DNA of 64,000 nt from an uncultured Bacteroidales bacterium (GTDB lineage: Bacteria; Bacteroidota; Bacteroidia; Bacteroidales; UBA932). The number at the start of each line of letters is the position of its first letter. Position 1 is the first letter of the stretch. The stretch covers positions 9,203 to 73,202 of the forward strand of contig URDD01000001.1 in the NCBI GenBank assembly GCA_900546395.1, read 5' to 3'. Under the pieces are notes generated by a model. It ran no database searches. It saw nothing but the letters and a program-made list of their open reading frames with translations, and was not told the DNA's origin. A program made the translations under genes and the position numbers. Positions 1-10,386 of this stretch are shown piece by piece.

Positions 1-235
1 GCAGGAATGAACGTTGCGAAACAGTGTCCTGCTTGTTCATCTTGAACGACAACAACATAGCACCACCTATTCCAAGTGATGCCTCTGGAGTATATGAGGG
101 GCCTCCAAGAATCGAAGCCCATGGTTTGTTCGGATCTCTGGGACGTTTTCGCCTTGCCTGTGTTTCCGGAACGGCAGACAGTACTATTGCTGTCACAGCA
201 AGTACTGTCAATATTCTTTTTTTAAAGTCTGTCAT
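1..235 (-). CDS. Partial gene running off the window edge. Signal-peptide protein, possibly an outer-membrane beta-barrel, with N-terminus MTDFKKRILTVLAVTAIVLSAVPETQARRKRP...SILGGPSYTPEASLGIGGAML. Its ATG overlaps the sulfotransferase stop (ATGA).
   Basis: Reverse-complement reading of bases 1-235 gives an uninterrupted ORF from ATG at 233-235. It has an N-terminal hydrophobic signal-like segment. It is not in the ORF track because no stop codon lies within the window. Confidence 0.45.
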   Translation of the reverse strand, partial: MTDFKKRILTVLAVTAIVLSAVPETQARRKRPRDPNKPWASILGGPSYTPEASLGIGGAMLLSFKMNKQDTVSQRSFL

Positions 236-1332
236 AGGCTGTAGCCCCATTTTTTTAATGCTGCTTCCCAGTTTTCTTCGACAAGCTTTACTGTACGGTC
301 AGAGTAGGAGTATTTGTTTTTTTTGAAGCCTTTGCGTCCGGACAGGTATTTTTCCATTTCAGGACGGGCTTCTTCAAACCCTCCTATCGAAAGTTTTACA
401 TATGTCTCCCGGGTAATGTCAAGAGGTGCTGCCTCAAAGTCTTCAAACTTTATTTCTACAAGCTTTTTTGCAGGAATCAGCCCTTTCTCGCTTTCATAAT
501 TGTCAAACAGTCCTATGTATGTCTCAAGAATGTCTTTTTCCAGCTTTTCATCAGACACGTCCTGAAGTTGAAGGGGCTTGATTGTATTCCTGAAGAAACT
601 TCTGGTAGATTCAAAAACAGTATAAGGATTTCTGACCAAGTATATGAACTTTGCGTCAGGGTACATTTCAAGCAATGTTTTTATGCGTCCTGTGTGAGGA
701 GGATTCTTGCTGAGAAATATATTTTTTCCCTGACAGTGGAGAGATATTTTAATCAGTTTGTCAAGATTGTACTTGAAAGCTTTTCTTTCCTCTTCGCTTA
801 TTTCATTGAAAAGCAGGTATCTTTCTCTGTACAAAGCAGTATTCTCAGGAAAAAACCAGAAGTTGTAGAAAGAGTACGGCATCATATTGACAAGAGCGAA
901 TTCTTCTTCCTGTGGAAGATCAACAGCAAGTTCCAGAGAGTCTGTAGGCCTTCTGGATGGCATGAAAAAAGACATGCACGATTTGAAAAAACCTGATCCG
1001 GAGAGCATAAGGTGAGGAAATACTGTCTGATAGGTAGTGCAGTATCCGAACCTTCTGTCGCAGGAAAAGACATTGTGCATGAATGTAGTACCACTCCTCC
1101 AGTGACCAAGAATGAATACAGGTGCCTGCATCTTGATTTCAGGAAGGCTTTTCCACTTTTTCTCGTTTATGTTGAAAAAAGGATTCAGAATAGCCTGAAT
1201 GCATTTTGTCGTGTTCAGTTTGCCTTTATACTGTCTGTCTATTACAGCTTTTTCGCATAGCGCCTTGAATGTATCCTTGTCCGCCCCTACCAAAGTATTG
1301 ACGGGCAAGGATTCGAATTTCAGTATTCCCAT
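232..1332 (-). CDS. PAPS-dependent sulfotransferase of the cytosolic SULT-like fold
   Basis: Carries a 5'-PSB-like motif GHWRSGTTFMHNV and a 3'-PB-like motif FIYLVRNPYTVFES. It lies immediately downstream of cysN, with 1 nt between the two genes. Confidence 0.75.
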   Translation of the reverse strand: MGILKFESLPVNTLVGADKDTFKALCEKAVIDRQYKGKLNTTKCIQAILNPFFNINEKKWKSLPEIKMQAPVFILGHWRSGTTFMHNVFSCDRRFGYCTTYQTVFPHLMLSGSGFFKSCMSFFMPSRRPTDSLELAVDLPQEEEFALVNMMPYSFYNFWFFPENTALYRERYLLFNEISEEERKAFKYNLDKLIKISLHCQGKNIFLSKNPPHTGRIKTLLEMYPDAKFIYLVRNPYTVFESTRSFFRNTIKPLQLQDVSDEKLEKDILETYIGLFDNYESEKGLIPAKKLVEIKFEDFEAAPLDITRETYVKLSIGGFEEARPEMEKYLSGRKGFKKNKYSYSDRTVKLVEENWEAALKKWGYSL

Positions 1333-1333
1333 A

Positions 1334-2764
1334 TTATTTTATGCATTTTACATTGATGCCGCTCTGTCTGAGATATTCGCATACTTTTTCGATGGCTTCG
1401 GTATGTTCTTCTCCAATTCCTAAATCTTTCAGATTTATTTCAAAAGTTCCTTCATCTTCATTTGAGGCATCGTCGTCAGGGCCTATAATCATTCCTACAG
1501 CTGAAGTAAAGTTTGTTACAGGATCTATAATAATGAAAGACCCTGTAGCTCTGTTTGTTCTGTAGCAGTCATACATAAGAGGACTCGATGATGTCATGGA
1601 TACAAGACCGACTTCATTAAGGAAAAGTCTGTCTGCGTTAAGATGTTCCATTGAGTTTACATCTACCCTGTAGTCTATTTTCCCTATATGGACTCTTGAA
1701 GTGTTTGTTGTCTGCTTGAGAAAGAAAGCCTTGTTCTTATCCATTTTCTCTTCATCCATCCATACAAGCATTGCCTTGAAATTATGTCCTGTGTAAGGCA
1801 GATTGTCGGGCTTTACCAGCATTTCACCTCTGGACAGGTCTATTTCATCTTCCAGGGTGATGGTTACACACTGTGGTGCGAATGCATATTCAAGCTCTCC
1901 GTCATATGTTACAATACTTTTGACTTTTGATTTCTTGCCAGAAGGCAGTGCCATAACTTCGTCACCTTTTCTTATGATTCCGGAAGAGATTTTACCGCTG
2001 AAACCGCGGAAATCAAGGTTCGGACGCAATACGTATTGAACAGGGAATCTGAAGTCTGTCATATTGATATCCTGGTCGATGCTGACATTTTCAAGGAATT
2101 CCATAAGTGAAGGACCTTTGTACCATGGGGTACGGCTGCTTTTTTCAACAACATTGTCTCCGTCCAGTGCAGACAGCGGAATGCACTGCAGGTCAGGTAT
2201 ATGCAATTCGTCAGCTATCTTGCGGTATTCTCCAGTGATTTCTTCAAATCGCTCCTTAGAGAAATCTACCAGATCCATTTTGTTTATTGCAAGCACTATG
2301 TGTCTGATTCCCAAAAGAGAGACCAGGTATGTGTGCCTTCTGGTCTGTGTCACTATACCGTTTCTTGCATCAACAAGAATAATGGCCAGATTTGCAGTCG
2401 AGCCTCCTGTAATCATGTTACGAGTGTACTGCTCATGTCCGGGAGTATCTGCTATAATGAATTTTCTCTTGTTCGTTGAGAAATAACGGTATGCTACATC
2501 TATGGTGATTCCCTGCTCTCTTTCTGCTTTCAGTCCGTCAAGCAGCAGAGCATAGTCAATGTGGTCACCTGCATTTCCCATACGCTTGCTGTCTCTTTCC
2601 AGGGACTGTAACTGATCATCATATAGTTTTTTGCTGTCGAAAAGAAGTCGTCCTATAAGAGTTGACTTTCCGTCATCTACAGAACCGGCTGTAAGCAGGC
2701 GCAGCAAGTCTTTTTTTTCATCCTGCTCAAGATATTCTTCTATGCTGAGTTTCATTGTCTTCAT
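1334..2764 (-). CDS. cysN: Sulfate adenylyltransferase subunit 1 (GTPase CysN)
   Basis: GTPase motifs [23 protein letters not shown] and NKMD. Length 476 aa, with no fused APS-kinase domain. Confidence 0.9.
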   Translation of the reverse strand: MKTMKLSIEEYLEQDEKKDLLRLLTAGSVDDGKSTLIGRLLFDSKKLYDDQLQSLERDSKRMGNAGDHIDYALLLDGLKAEREQGITIDVAYRYFSTNKRKFIIADTPGHEQYTRNMITGGSTANLAIILVDARNGIVTQTRRHTYLVSLLGIRHIVLAINKMDLVDFSKERFEEITGEYRKIADELHIPDLQCIPLSALDGDNVVEKSSRTPWYKGPSLMEFLENVSIDQDINMTDFRFPVQYVLRPNLDFRGFSGKISSGIIRKGDEVMALPSGKKSKVKSIVTYDGELEYAFAPQCVTITLEDEIDLSRGEMLVKPDNLPYTGHNFKAMLVWMDEEKMDKNKAFFLKQTTNTSRVHIGKIDYRVDVNSMEHLNADRLFLNEVGLVSMTSSSPLMYDCYRTNRATGSFIIIDPVTNFTSAVGMIIGPDDDASNEDEGTFEINLKDLGIGEEHTEAIEKVCEYLRQSGINVKCIK

Positions 2765-2781
2765 TGCTTTGAGTTCATTTT

Positions 2782-3693
2782 CTAGAAATAACCTTCTCTT
2801 TTCTTTTGCTCCATGCTACCTTCCTGGTCGAAGTCAATGACTCTGGTAGTACGTTCGCTTTTTGTTGTAAGCATTGTTTCTTCAACAATCTTTTCAATAG
2901 TGTCAGCTTCACTTTCTACAGCACCTGTCAGAGGCCAGCATCCAAGCGTTCTGAATCTTATTTTTTTCATTTGGATCTGATCCCTGTATTTTGCAGGGAG
3001 TCTGTCATCGTCTGCCATAATAAGGTTTCCGTCAATTTCCACTACGGGACGTTCTTTTGCGAAGTACAGAGGCACAATCGGGATGTTTTCATGTCTTATA
3101 TACTGCCAGATATCCAGTTCTGTCCAGTTGCTGAGCGGAAATACCCTTATGCTTTCACCTTCGCGGATCCTGGTGTTGTAGATATCCCAAAGTTCGGGAC
3201 GCTGGTTCTTTGGGTCCCATTGCTGGAATTCGTTTCTGAAAGAAAAAATCCTTTCTTTTGCACGGCTCTTTTCTTCGTCACGTCTGGCTCCGCCGAATGC
3301 TGCATCAAATTTGTACTTTTTCAGAGCGGCAAGCAGTGCTTGTGTCTTCATCAGGTCAGTATGTACCTTGCTTCCGTGGGTAAATGGACCGACACCAGCT
3401 TCAAAGGCTTCTTTGTTATATTCTACAAGTAGATCCCAGCCGTGATCCTTTGCGTACTTGTCACGGAACTCGATCATTTCCTTGAACTTCCATTTTGAAT
3501 CAATGTGCATCAGAGGGAAAGGTACTTTTCCCGGATAGAAAGCTTTTTCAGCAAGTCTTACCATAACGGAGGAATCTTTTCCTATCGAATATAGCATAAC
3601 AGGATTGCGGAATTCAGCTGCTACTTCCCTGATTATATGGATAGACTCGGCTTCCAGAGCCTTAAGATGGCTCAAACTGTAATTTTCTTCCAT
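2782..3693 (-). CDS. cysD: Sulfate adenylyltransferase subunit 2 (CysD)
   Basis: PAPS-reductase-like PP-loop SIGKDSSVM. Length 303 aa, and located between cysN and cysC. Confidence 0.85.
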   Translation of the reverse strand: MEENYSLSHLKALEAESIHIIREVAAEFRNPVMLYSIGKDSSVMVRLAEKAFYPGKVPFPLMHIDSKWKFKEMIEFRDKYAKDHGWDLLVEYNKEAFEAGVGPFTHGSKVHTDLMKTQALLAALKKYKFDAAFGGARRDEEKSRAKERIFSFRNEFQQWDPKNQRPELWDIYNTRIREGESIRVFPLSNWTELDIWQYIRHENIPIVPLYFAKERPVVEIDGNLIMADDDRLPAKYRDQIQMKKIRFRTLGCWPLTGAVESEADTIEKIVEETMLTTKSERTTRVIDFDQEGSMEQKKREGYF

Positions 3694-3704
3694 GTTATAT
3701 GTTT

Positions 3705-4310
3705 TTAATAATTATCTTTTATACGCGGCATTGCAACACGCATTATTTCTCTGACACTTTCCTCAAGGCTGAGTTTTCCTGTGTCAATGCTTGTATCCGG
3801 GGCAAGTGGCTCTTCAAAAGGAGCGGATATTCCAGTGAAGTTTTTGATTTCGCCTTTTCTTGCCTTTGCGTACAGTCCTTTTACATCCCGTCTTTCGCAC
3901 TCTTCCAGTGAAGTAGATACGTATATTTCCATAAAATCGTCTTTCCCGATTATGTTGCGGGCCATTTCCCGAAGTTCCCTTGTCGGACTTATAAAGGTCG
4001 CGAGAGTAACTATTCCTGTTTGGGTGAACAGTTTGCACACTTCAGCAATTCGTCTGATATTTTCTACTCTGTCTTCAGCGGAAAAACCTAAATCTGAGTT
4101 CAAGGCAGAACGTACATTGTCTCCGTCAATTATCCTGCAAAGTATTCCTGCAGAGGACAACTCCCTTTCCAGAGCGATAGCGACAGTACTTTTACCTGAG
4201 CCGGACAGTCCGGTAAACCAAAGAGTAAGTCCTTTCTGTCCAAGGAATTCTTCTTTTTCAGAACGGGACTGCATTTTTGAGAATATAGGATAGATATGTT
4301 CCATAGTCAT
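3705..4310 (-). CDS. cysC: Adenylylsulfate (APS) kinase
   Basis: P-loop GLSGSGKST. Length 201 aa. Confidence 0.9.
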   Translation of the reverse strand: MTMEHIYPIFSKMQSRSEKEEFLGQKGLTLWFTGLSGSGKSTVAIALERELSSAGILCRIIDGDNVRSALNSDLGFSAEDRVENIRRIAEVCKLFTQTGIVTLATFISPTRELREMARNIIGKDDFMEIYVSTSLEECERRDVKGLYAKARKGEIKNFTGISAPFEEPLAPDTSIDTGKLSLEESVREIMRVAMPRIKDNY

Positions 4311-4311
4311 T

Positions 4312-5874
4312 TTAAAATTTCCAGAATACCGGTATGAGAATCATTGACAATATAAATGCAATAATATTCAGCGGTAATCCGATTCTTGTAAAATCCCTGA
4401 ATTTATAATTTCCGATACCTTGCGCTATCATATTTGTCTGGTAGCCTATCGGTGAGGAAAAACTTGCAGATGCAGCGATGCAGATAGCTATAAAAAAAGG
4501 CATTGGGTTGACATTCAGCTGGGTCGCTGTAGATAATGCGACTGGAAACGCAAAAGCGGCAGCTGCATTGTTGGTTATCAGTTCAGTTATTACATTTGTT
4601 GTAATATATAAAGCAGCGAGGGCAATATGCGGAGATACGTTTCCTCCAGCCAATGCTGTAAGTTTTTCTGCAATAAAGTCAGCTAGGCCTGAATTTGTCA
4701 TAGCCTTGCTTATCGCAAGAGCGCTTGCAATGGTTATGAGTATGTCCCAGGATATGAATTTTGTATATTTCTTGGCAGGAAAGAGATTGAGGGCTGCCAT
4801 TATAACAGTTATGATGCACGCCCAGAAAAACATGTCCATGTTCACAGACGGCAAAAGTGCTCTGATTTTAGGCATTTGACCGAATGTCGCACCGACAATC
4901 ATAAGTGTGAGAAGTCCCAAAGCTGCCCATTTCTTCCATTTGGCGCTTGGGATTTTGTGCGGCTTGCCATTGCTGAGCATAAGGAACTCACTTGATTCTC
5001 CCCAGCTCGTAAAGAAAGAGTCCGGGGCGTCCAATATCAAGGTATCTCCTTCCTTGAATTCTACTGAATTCAGGTCTGAGAGACTTTCTCCTTTTCTTCG
5101 TAGTTCAATTATTCTTGCACCGTATCTTTTTTCGAAATTAAAGTTTGCATACGGAGTGTTGATTCCCCGGAACCTAGGGCCAAGTACCGCTTCTACACGT
5201 AACCTGCCGTTGCTTGACGCAGCCATTTCAGCAGGTGTCTTGTCAGATGGAAGCAGTTTGTTGCCAAGCAGTATAATATATAATATTCCGGTTACGGCTA
5301 TGAATATTCCGACTTTACCAACTTCAAACATACTGAGTCCATTCAGCCCTGCGTCAAGCATCATGCCGTGTACTACCAGATTAGTGGACGTTCCTATAAG
5401 AGTGCACATTCCTCCCAGTATTGCAGAAAAAGAAAGAGGAATCAGGAATTTTTTGACAGGCTGACCGATCTTCGCCGCCCATTCTTTTATAATCGGCACG
5501 AAAATAACTACCAGAGGTGTGTTGTTGAGGAAAGCGGATATTGCAGCTACTGTAGGCATCATACGTATATATCCGTTTTTTATTCCATTTCCGTTTTTTG
5601 CTTTTTTTCCCGGAAGTATTTTGCCTATGACATGACCGAGGGCATCACTTCTTCGTACTCCTTCGCTTACCAGGAAAAGCAGTGCTACTGTAATCATTCC
5701 TTTATTGCTGAATCCGGACAGGAGTTCTTCAGGAGTAAGTATGCCTGTACACATGAACAGTATAGCTACAGACATCATAATGAGCCCCGGCCGCATTACA
5801 TCTGCAACCAGAAGAGCAAGCATTGTAATCAGGGATATAAGTACAATTACGATTTCAACATTCATTATGGTCAC
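4312..5874 (-). CDS. SLC13/DASS-family anion permease with a central TrkA-C (RCK_C) domain. Probable sulfate or PAPS-related transporter.
   Basis: Polytopic hydrophobic protein of 520 aa, with a soluble central segment (EFKEGDTLILDAPDS...) typical of TrkA-C inserts in bacterial SLC13 permeases. It is the first gene of the cys/sulfotransferase operon. Confidence 0.65.
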   Translation of the reverse strand: MTIMNVEIVIVLISLITMLALLVADVMRPGLIMMSVAILFMCTGILTPEELLSGFSNKGMITVALLFLVSEGVRRSDALGHVIGKILPGKKAKNGNGIKNGYIRMMPTVAAISAFLNNTPLVVIFVPIIKEWAAKIGQPVKKFLIPLSFSAILGGMCTLIGTSTNLVVHGMMLDAGLNGLSMFEVGKVGIFIAVTGILYIILLGNKLLPSDKTPAEMAASSNGRLRVEAVLGPRFRGINTPYANFNFEKRYGARIIELRRKGESLSDLNSVEFKEGDTLILDAPDSFFTSWGESSEFLMLSNGKPHKIPSAKWKKWAALGLLTLMIVGATFGQMPKIRALLPSVNMDMFFWACIITVIMAALNLFPAKKYTKFISWDILITIASALAISKAMTNSGLADFIAEKLTALAGGNVSPHIALAALYITTNVITELITNNAAAAFAFPVALSTATQLNVNPMPFFIAICIAASASFSSPIGYQTNMIAQGIGNYKFRDFTRIGLPLNIIAFILSMILIPVFWKF

Positions 5875-6119
5875 ATTATATGTGAGAAAACAGGTTGCTG
5901 TCCGACAGTCTTTCCAAAGGTCGGAATCATATTGGAATTAAAGAACAAATCAATAATCGTGCAAATTACCCTTTCGTCAAGGTATATTATTTGTCAAAAA
6001 ATCGCTATTTGTATCCTCTTTTTCTCCAAAAAGCCAGTAACCAAAGAAAATACAATCATGGGAACGTCAATTGATAGAGGTCCGGTCAAACTTATACCTG
6101 GTATTGATTTATTCTGCGT

Positions 6120-6132
6120 TTTTTGTATCTTT
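6120..6132 (+). promoter_or_regulatory. Candidate Bacteroidetes sigma-A promoter -7 box (TAnnTTTG within TTTTGTATCTTTG) upstream of ftsY
   Basis: TATCTTTG at 6125-6132, 24 nt upstream of the ATG at 6156. The identical 13-mer precedes tRNA-Leu at 19789-19801. Confidence 0.35.
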
Positions 6133-6155
6133 GTGGGGTTAAACTGGTATATATT

Positions 6156-7097
6156 ATGGGTATATTTGACAAGGGAGTTCAGAAGACCAAACGCAGTTTC
6201 TTTGAAAAAATTTCAAGGGCTATTGTCGGCAAATCTAAGGTGGATGACAATTTGCTTGATGCCATTGAGGAAGCTCTGGTAGCGTCAGATATGGGCGTTG
6301 ACACGACCTTGAAGATAATTGACAATCTTGAAGAACGTGTGCACAGAGACAAGTATGTGTCTTTTGACGAACTTCTTGATATGCTCAGGGATGAGATACG
6401 CAAGCTTTTGGATATTACTGATGAAGATTCAGCCTACAGCGGAGAGATTCCATTTGATTTTTCCCAAAAGCCGTATGTAATTATGGTTGTAGGGGTTAAT
6501 GGTGTCGGTAAAACTACTACAATCGGAAAGCTTGCAGCCCTTCTTAAGTCGCGTGGCAAGAAAGTCGTTCTCGGGGCAGCCGACACGTTCAGGGCTGCGG
6601 CTGTAGATCAGCTGACTATATGGGCAGAACGTGCAGGCGTCGATATAGTTAAACAGGAGATGGGGTCAGATCCGGCTTCTGTGGCATATGATACGGTCTC
6701 TTCGGCTGTTGCCAAAGGCGCTGATGTTGTACTTATAGACACAGCGGGACGCCTTCATAACAGAATTGACCTTATGAATGAACTTACAAAGATAAGGAAT
6801 GTCATGAGAAAGGTGATTCCTGATGCTCCAAATGAGGTACTTCTGGTTCTTGACGGTTCTACAGGGCAGAATGCCTATCAGCAGGCGAAGGAGTTCTCAA
6901 AGGCTACGGATGTAACCTCCCTTGCGGTTACAAAACTTGATGGAACGGCGAAAGGAGGCGTGGTTATCGGTATTACTGACCAGTTTAAGGTACCTGTTAA
7001 ATTCGTCGGAATAGGGGAAGGAATTGATGACTTGAAAGTCTTTGATAAGAAAGAGTTTGTAGAGTCCCTGTTCTCTAAGGAAGATTTCAAGTCCTGA
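6156..7097 (+). CDS. ftsY: Signal recognition particle receptor FtsY
   Basis: Motifs GVNGVGKTTTIGKLA and DTAGRLH. Start taken at MGIFDKG, 33 nt downstream of the track ORF start. Confidence 0.9.
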   Translation: MGIFDKGVQKTKRSFFEKISRAIVGKSKVDDNLLDAIEEALVASDMGVDTTLKIIDNLEERVHRDKYVSFDELLDMLRDEIRKLLDITDEDSAYSGEIPFDFSQKPYVIMVVGVNGVGKTTTIGKLAALLKSRGKKVVLGAADTFRAAAVDQLTIWAERAGVDIVKQEMGSDPASVAYDTVSSAVAKGADVVLIDTAGRLHNRIDLMNELTKIRNVMRKVIPDAPNEVLLVLDGSTGQNAYQQAKEFSKATDVTSLAVTKLDGTAKGGVVIGITDQFKVPVKFVGIGEGIDDLKVFDKKEFVESLFSKEDFKS

Positions 7098-7161
7098 GTG
7101 TCATAGAGGCGAGGGTGTCCTGGTTCGTATAAATGGAAATGAAAAATAATAAATATTTAAA

Positions 7162-9651
7162 ATGACGATATCTTATAATTGGCTCAAGGATTATCTTGAG
7201 TGCGATCTCACTGCAGAGCAGGTGGCCGAGGCTCTTACCTCCATCGGTCTTGAGGTCGATTCTCTGGAGCAGATTGAAGAAATTCCCGGCGGACTTGCCG
7301 GAGTCATAGTGGCAGAAGTCGTGGAATGTGTAGAGCATCCTGATTCGGACCATCTTCATATTACGAAGTTGAATACAGGAGAGCCTGAACTGCTTCAGGT
7401 CGTATGCGGAGCTCCGAATGTTGCCGCCGGGCAGAAAGTACTGTTGGCCACAGTCGGAACGAAGTTGGGCGAAGATTTCAAAATAAAGAAATCGAAGATC
7501 AGGGGTGTAGAGTCCTTCGGTATGATTTGCGCCGAGGATGAACTCGGAATAGGCGAGTCTCATGACGGTATAATGGTGCTTGACCAGTCTGCAATACCGG
7601 GAACACCTGCAAAGGACTATCTGCATCTGGCTACAGACTATGTCATAGAAATAGGACTTACCGCCAACAGGGTCGATGCAGCATCGCATATTGGTGTTGC
7701 CAGAGATTTGTATGCCTATCTTAGACTCAATAATATTCCTTGTCGTCTGATGATTCCTGATGTAACTTCATTTAAGGAGGGAACAGAAGGAATGTGTTCA
7801 GAAACGGGTGACCTTAACGGTGCTATTCCTGTGGAGGTATGTGCCCTGGATGGCGCTCCTAGATATTTGGGCATTACAATAAAAGGAGTCAAGGTGGCGC
7901 CTTCTCCGGAATGGTTGCAGAAAAAGCTGCTGTCCATAGGCTTGAAACCTATTAATAATATAGTAGATATAACAAACTTCGTGCAGATGGAAACAGGACA
8001 TCCTCTGCATGCTTTCGATGCCGCTGAAATAGGAGGACGTAAGGTCGTTGTGCGTAGGGCTGCTGAAGGAGAGAAGTTTGTAACTCTTGACGGAATTGAG
8101 AGGACATTGTCGTCAGAAGATCTTATGATAGCAGACATTGAAAAGCCTATGTGTCTTTCAGGTGTCTTCGGAGGTGCCGTTTCCGGAGTAAAGGAAAGTA
8201 CCGCCGATATCTTTCTTGAAAGTGCCTATTTCAATCCGGTATCTATCAGAAAGTCATCCAAGAGACACGGCCTTAAGACAGATGCATCCTTCAGAAATGA
8301 AAGAGGTGCTGATCCGCTCATTCCTGAATATGCCGCCAAGCGTGCTGCCCTTCTTATAGAGGAACTGGCAGGAGGAAAGGTCGTTGGAAAAGTACAGGAG
8401 GTTTATCCTGAAAAGATAGAAAAGAAGGTCGTAGAACTTGATTACGACAGAATAGAGGCTTTTATAGGCAAGAAAATAGGACATGATACTATAGAGAAAA
8501 TACTTGGATTTCTTGCATATGACTTCCTTGAAAGGCGTCAGGATGCAGACGGCAATCCTTCCGGATCACGTGTCGCTGTACCGTCTTATATGGTGGATGT
8601 ATATAGGGAATGTGATGTTGTTGAGGAAGTTCTGAGAATTTACGGATATAATAATATCGAACTTCCGTCAGGGATAAGAATGTCCGTGAATGCCACAGCA
8701 AAGCCAGAGGCGGAAACTGTCAGGAATATCGTTTCAGATTTTCTGGCGGCAAACGGTTTTGTCGAAACGATGAACAATTCCCTTACTAAGGAGGATTACT
8801 ATTCGCAACTCACTACCTTCCCTAAGGAAAAATGTGTGCATATTCTCAATCCGTTGAGTTCTGATCTGAATGTTATGAGGCAGACATTGCTTCTGAATGG
8901 TCTTGAAGTGATTTCATACAACCTTAACAGGCAGATTAACTCTCTTAAAATATTCGAATACGGCTCAGTTTACTCTTTTGATCCGAACGGAGATCCTGCG
9001 TTGTTGGATGCGTATAAAGAAAGTACTGCATATGCTTTGTTCATTACCGGTTCTTGCGAGAAGTCATGGTGTGCGGAACTTCACAAGGGCAGTTATTTTC
9101 AGTTGAAAGGATGTCTTGAACTTCTGTTGAAACGTTTCGGAGCTGACATATATTCATTGGAATATGACGCGGCGCCTTCTGACTTGTTCTCCGAAGGTCT
9201 TGTGTATAAATTGCCTGGTACAGCGGAGTCTCTTGCTGTAATGGGAACTGTTGCCAAGGCACGACTTAAGCAGTTTGATATAAAGCAGCCTGTATTTGCA
9301 GCAGAAATTAACTGGCCGGTTTTATTCGAGCTCGTTAAAAGGAATAGGGTCAAATATAGCGAACTTCCAAAATTCCCTGGCGTACGACGTGACCTTGCTC
9401 TCCTTCTGGACGAAAACGTTGAGTATGCCCAGTTGCGCAAGGCTGCATTCAAGGCAGGTAAGAAACTTATAAAGAGTGTGACCTTGTTTGATGTCTATAG
9501 AGGAGACAAGATTCCTGCAGGCAAGAAGCAGTATGCGATGGGGTTTGTTTTGCAAGATGCTGACAAGACATTGACAGACAATGAAGTTGAGAAAGTAATG
9601 TCTAAACTGCTTTCTGTGTTTGCTTCTGAGTTCGGAGCGTCATTGAGGTAG
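7162..9651 (+). CDS. pheT: Phenylalanine--tRNA ligase beta subunit
   Basis: N-terminus MTISYNWLKDYL, 829 aa. The B3/4, B5 and anticodon-binding-like regions are in the expected order. Confidence 0.9.
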   Translation: MTISYNWLKDYLECDLTAEQVAEALTSIGLEVDSLEQIEEIPGGLAGVIVAEVVECVEHPDSDHLHITKLNTGEPELLQVVCGAPNVAAGQKVLLATVGTKLGEDFKIKKSKIRGVESFGMICAEDELGIGESHDGIMVLDQSAIPGTPAKDYLHLATDYVIEIGLTANRVDAASHIGVARDLYAYLRLNNIPCRLMIPDVTSFKEGTEGMCSETGDLNGAIPVEVCALDGAPRYLGITIKGVKVAPSPEWLQKKLLSIGLKPINNIVDITNFVQMETGHPLHAFDAAEIGGRKVVVRRAAEGEKFVTLDGIERTLSSEDLMIADIEKPMCLSGVFGGAVSGVKESTADIFLESAYFNPVSIRKSSKRHGLKTDASFRNERGADPLIPEYAAKRAALLIEELAGGKVVGKVQEVYPEKIEKKVVELDYDRIEAFIGKKIGHDTIEKILGFLAYDFLERRQDADGNPSGSRVAVPSYMVDVYRECDVVEEVLRIYGYNNIELPSGIRMSVNATAKPEAETVRNIVSDFLAANGFVETMNNSLTKEDYYSQLTTFPKEKCVHILNPLSSDLNVMRQTLLLNGLEVISYNLNRQINSLKIFEYGSVYSFDPNGDPALLDAYKESTAYALFITGSCEKSWCAELHKGSYFQLKGCLELLLKRFGADIYSLEYDAAPSDLFSEGLVYKLPGTAESLAVMGTVAKARLKQFDIKQPVFAAEINWPVLFELVKRNRVKYSELPKFPGVRRDLALLLDENVEYAQLRKAAFKAGKKLIKSVTLFDVYRGDKIPAGKKQYAMGFVLQDADKTLTDNEVEKVMSKLLSVFASEFGASLR

Positions 9652-9660
9652 CTGTTCAAT

Positions 9661-10386
9661 ATGAGGAAAAGTCTCCTTAATATTTTGGCAATGTGCGTTA
9701 TTGTGGCTTTGGCTGTTTCCTGTTCCGGTAAGGCCAGAGTCATTCCGCGCCAGACAATGTCTGAAATATATGCGGAAATGTTCGTTGCAGACCAGTGGCT
9801 GACTTCAGATTACAAGCTGAGGCGGATGGCGGATACTACGCTCATTTATGGAGGTATATTTGAGAAATACGGATATACGGTTGATGATTACCGTCGCAGT
9901 ATGGAGTATTATATGGGAGATCCGGACCGTTATGCCAGGATATTAAAGCAATCTACATTGATAATAGAGGGAAAAATCAGAGACTTGAAGAAGGAAAAGG
10001 AGCGTCTGCAGGCAATTCATGACAGCAAAGTTGCATCAGACAAGTTCATACCGGAAAGACTCTTTTTCCTTTCAGGCCTTGCAAACAGAGACCTGCTGAC
10101 AGTTGACAGTTTATCGTTTTATATCGACTCGACCGGAGGTCAGTACTGTTTTGATGTACAGAAAGGATATGACACATTGTTTGCAGGTCCTCAACTCATT
10201 GTACTTAAGGATACTGTTACGGTTTCAGAGCCTGCAGTGAATGAGGATACATTGTCTTCAGGTCTGAAAATAAATGGAAAGACACTGCCTGCTGTTCAGA
10301 AAATCGAATACAGGAACGTTGTGGCTCCGGATACCAGGAGTGTCAGAGATATGAAACAAATGAAATACGACAGTTCAAGGAAATGA
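9661..10386 (+). CDS. Lipoprotein of unknown function (DUF4296-like)
   Basis: Lipoprotein signal ending ...LAVSCSG. Overlaps the next gene by 4 nt. Confidence 0.5.
   Translation: MRKSLLNILAMCVIVALAVSCSGKARVIPRQTMSEIYAEMFVADQWLTSDYKLRRMADTTLIYGGIFEKYGYTVDDYRRSMEYYMGDPDRYARILKQSTLIIEGKIRDLKKEKERLQAIHDSKVASDKFIPERLFFLSGLANRDLLTVDSLSFYIDSTGGQYCFDVQKGYDTLFAGPQLIVLKDTVTVSEPAVNEDTLSSGLKINGKTLPAVQKIEYRNVVAPDTRSVRDMKQMKYDSSRK

Noticed and set aside
5368-6282. 304-aa plus-strand ORF rich in Cys/His/Tyr/Arg, spanning the cys-operon promoter region and the ftsY start
   Set aside because: It is antisense to the SLC13 permease for most of its length. It has low-complexity, non-protein-like composition and no start context, and it overlaps the well-supported ftsY. 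It is a chance ORF.
7087-7689. 200-aa minus-strand ORF overlapping pheT
   Set aside because: It is antisense to a strongly supported pheT and has no motifs.
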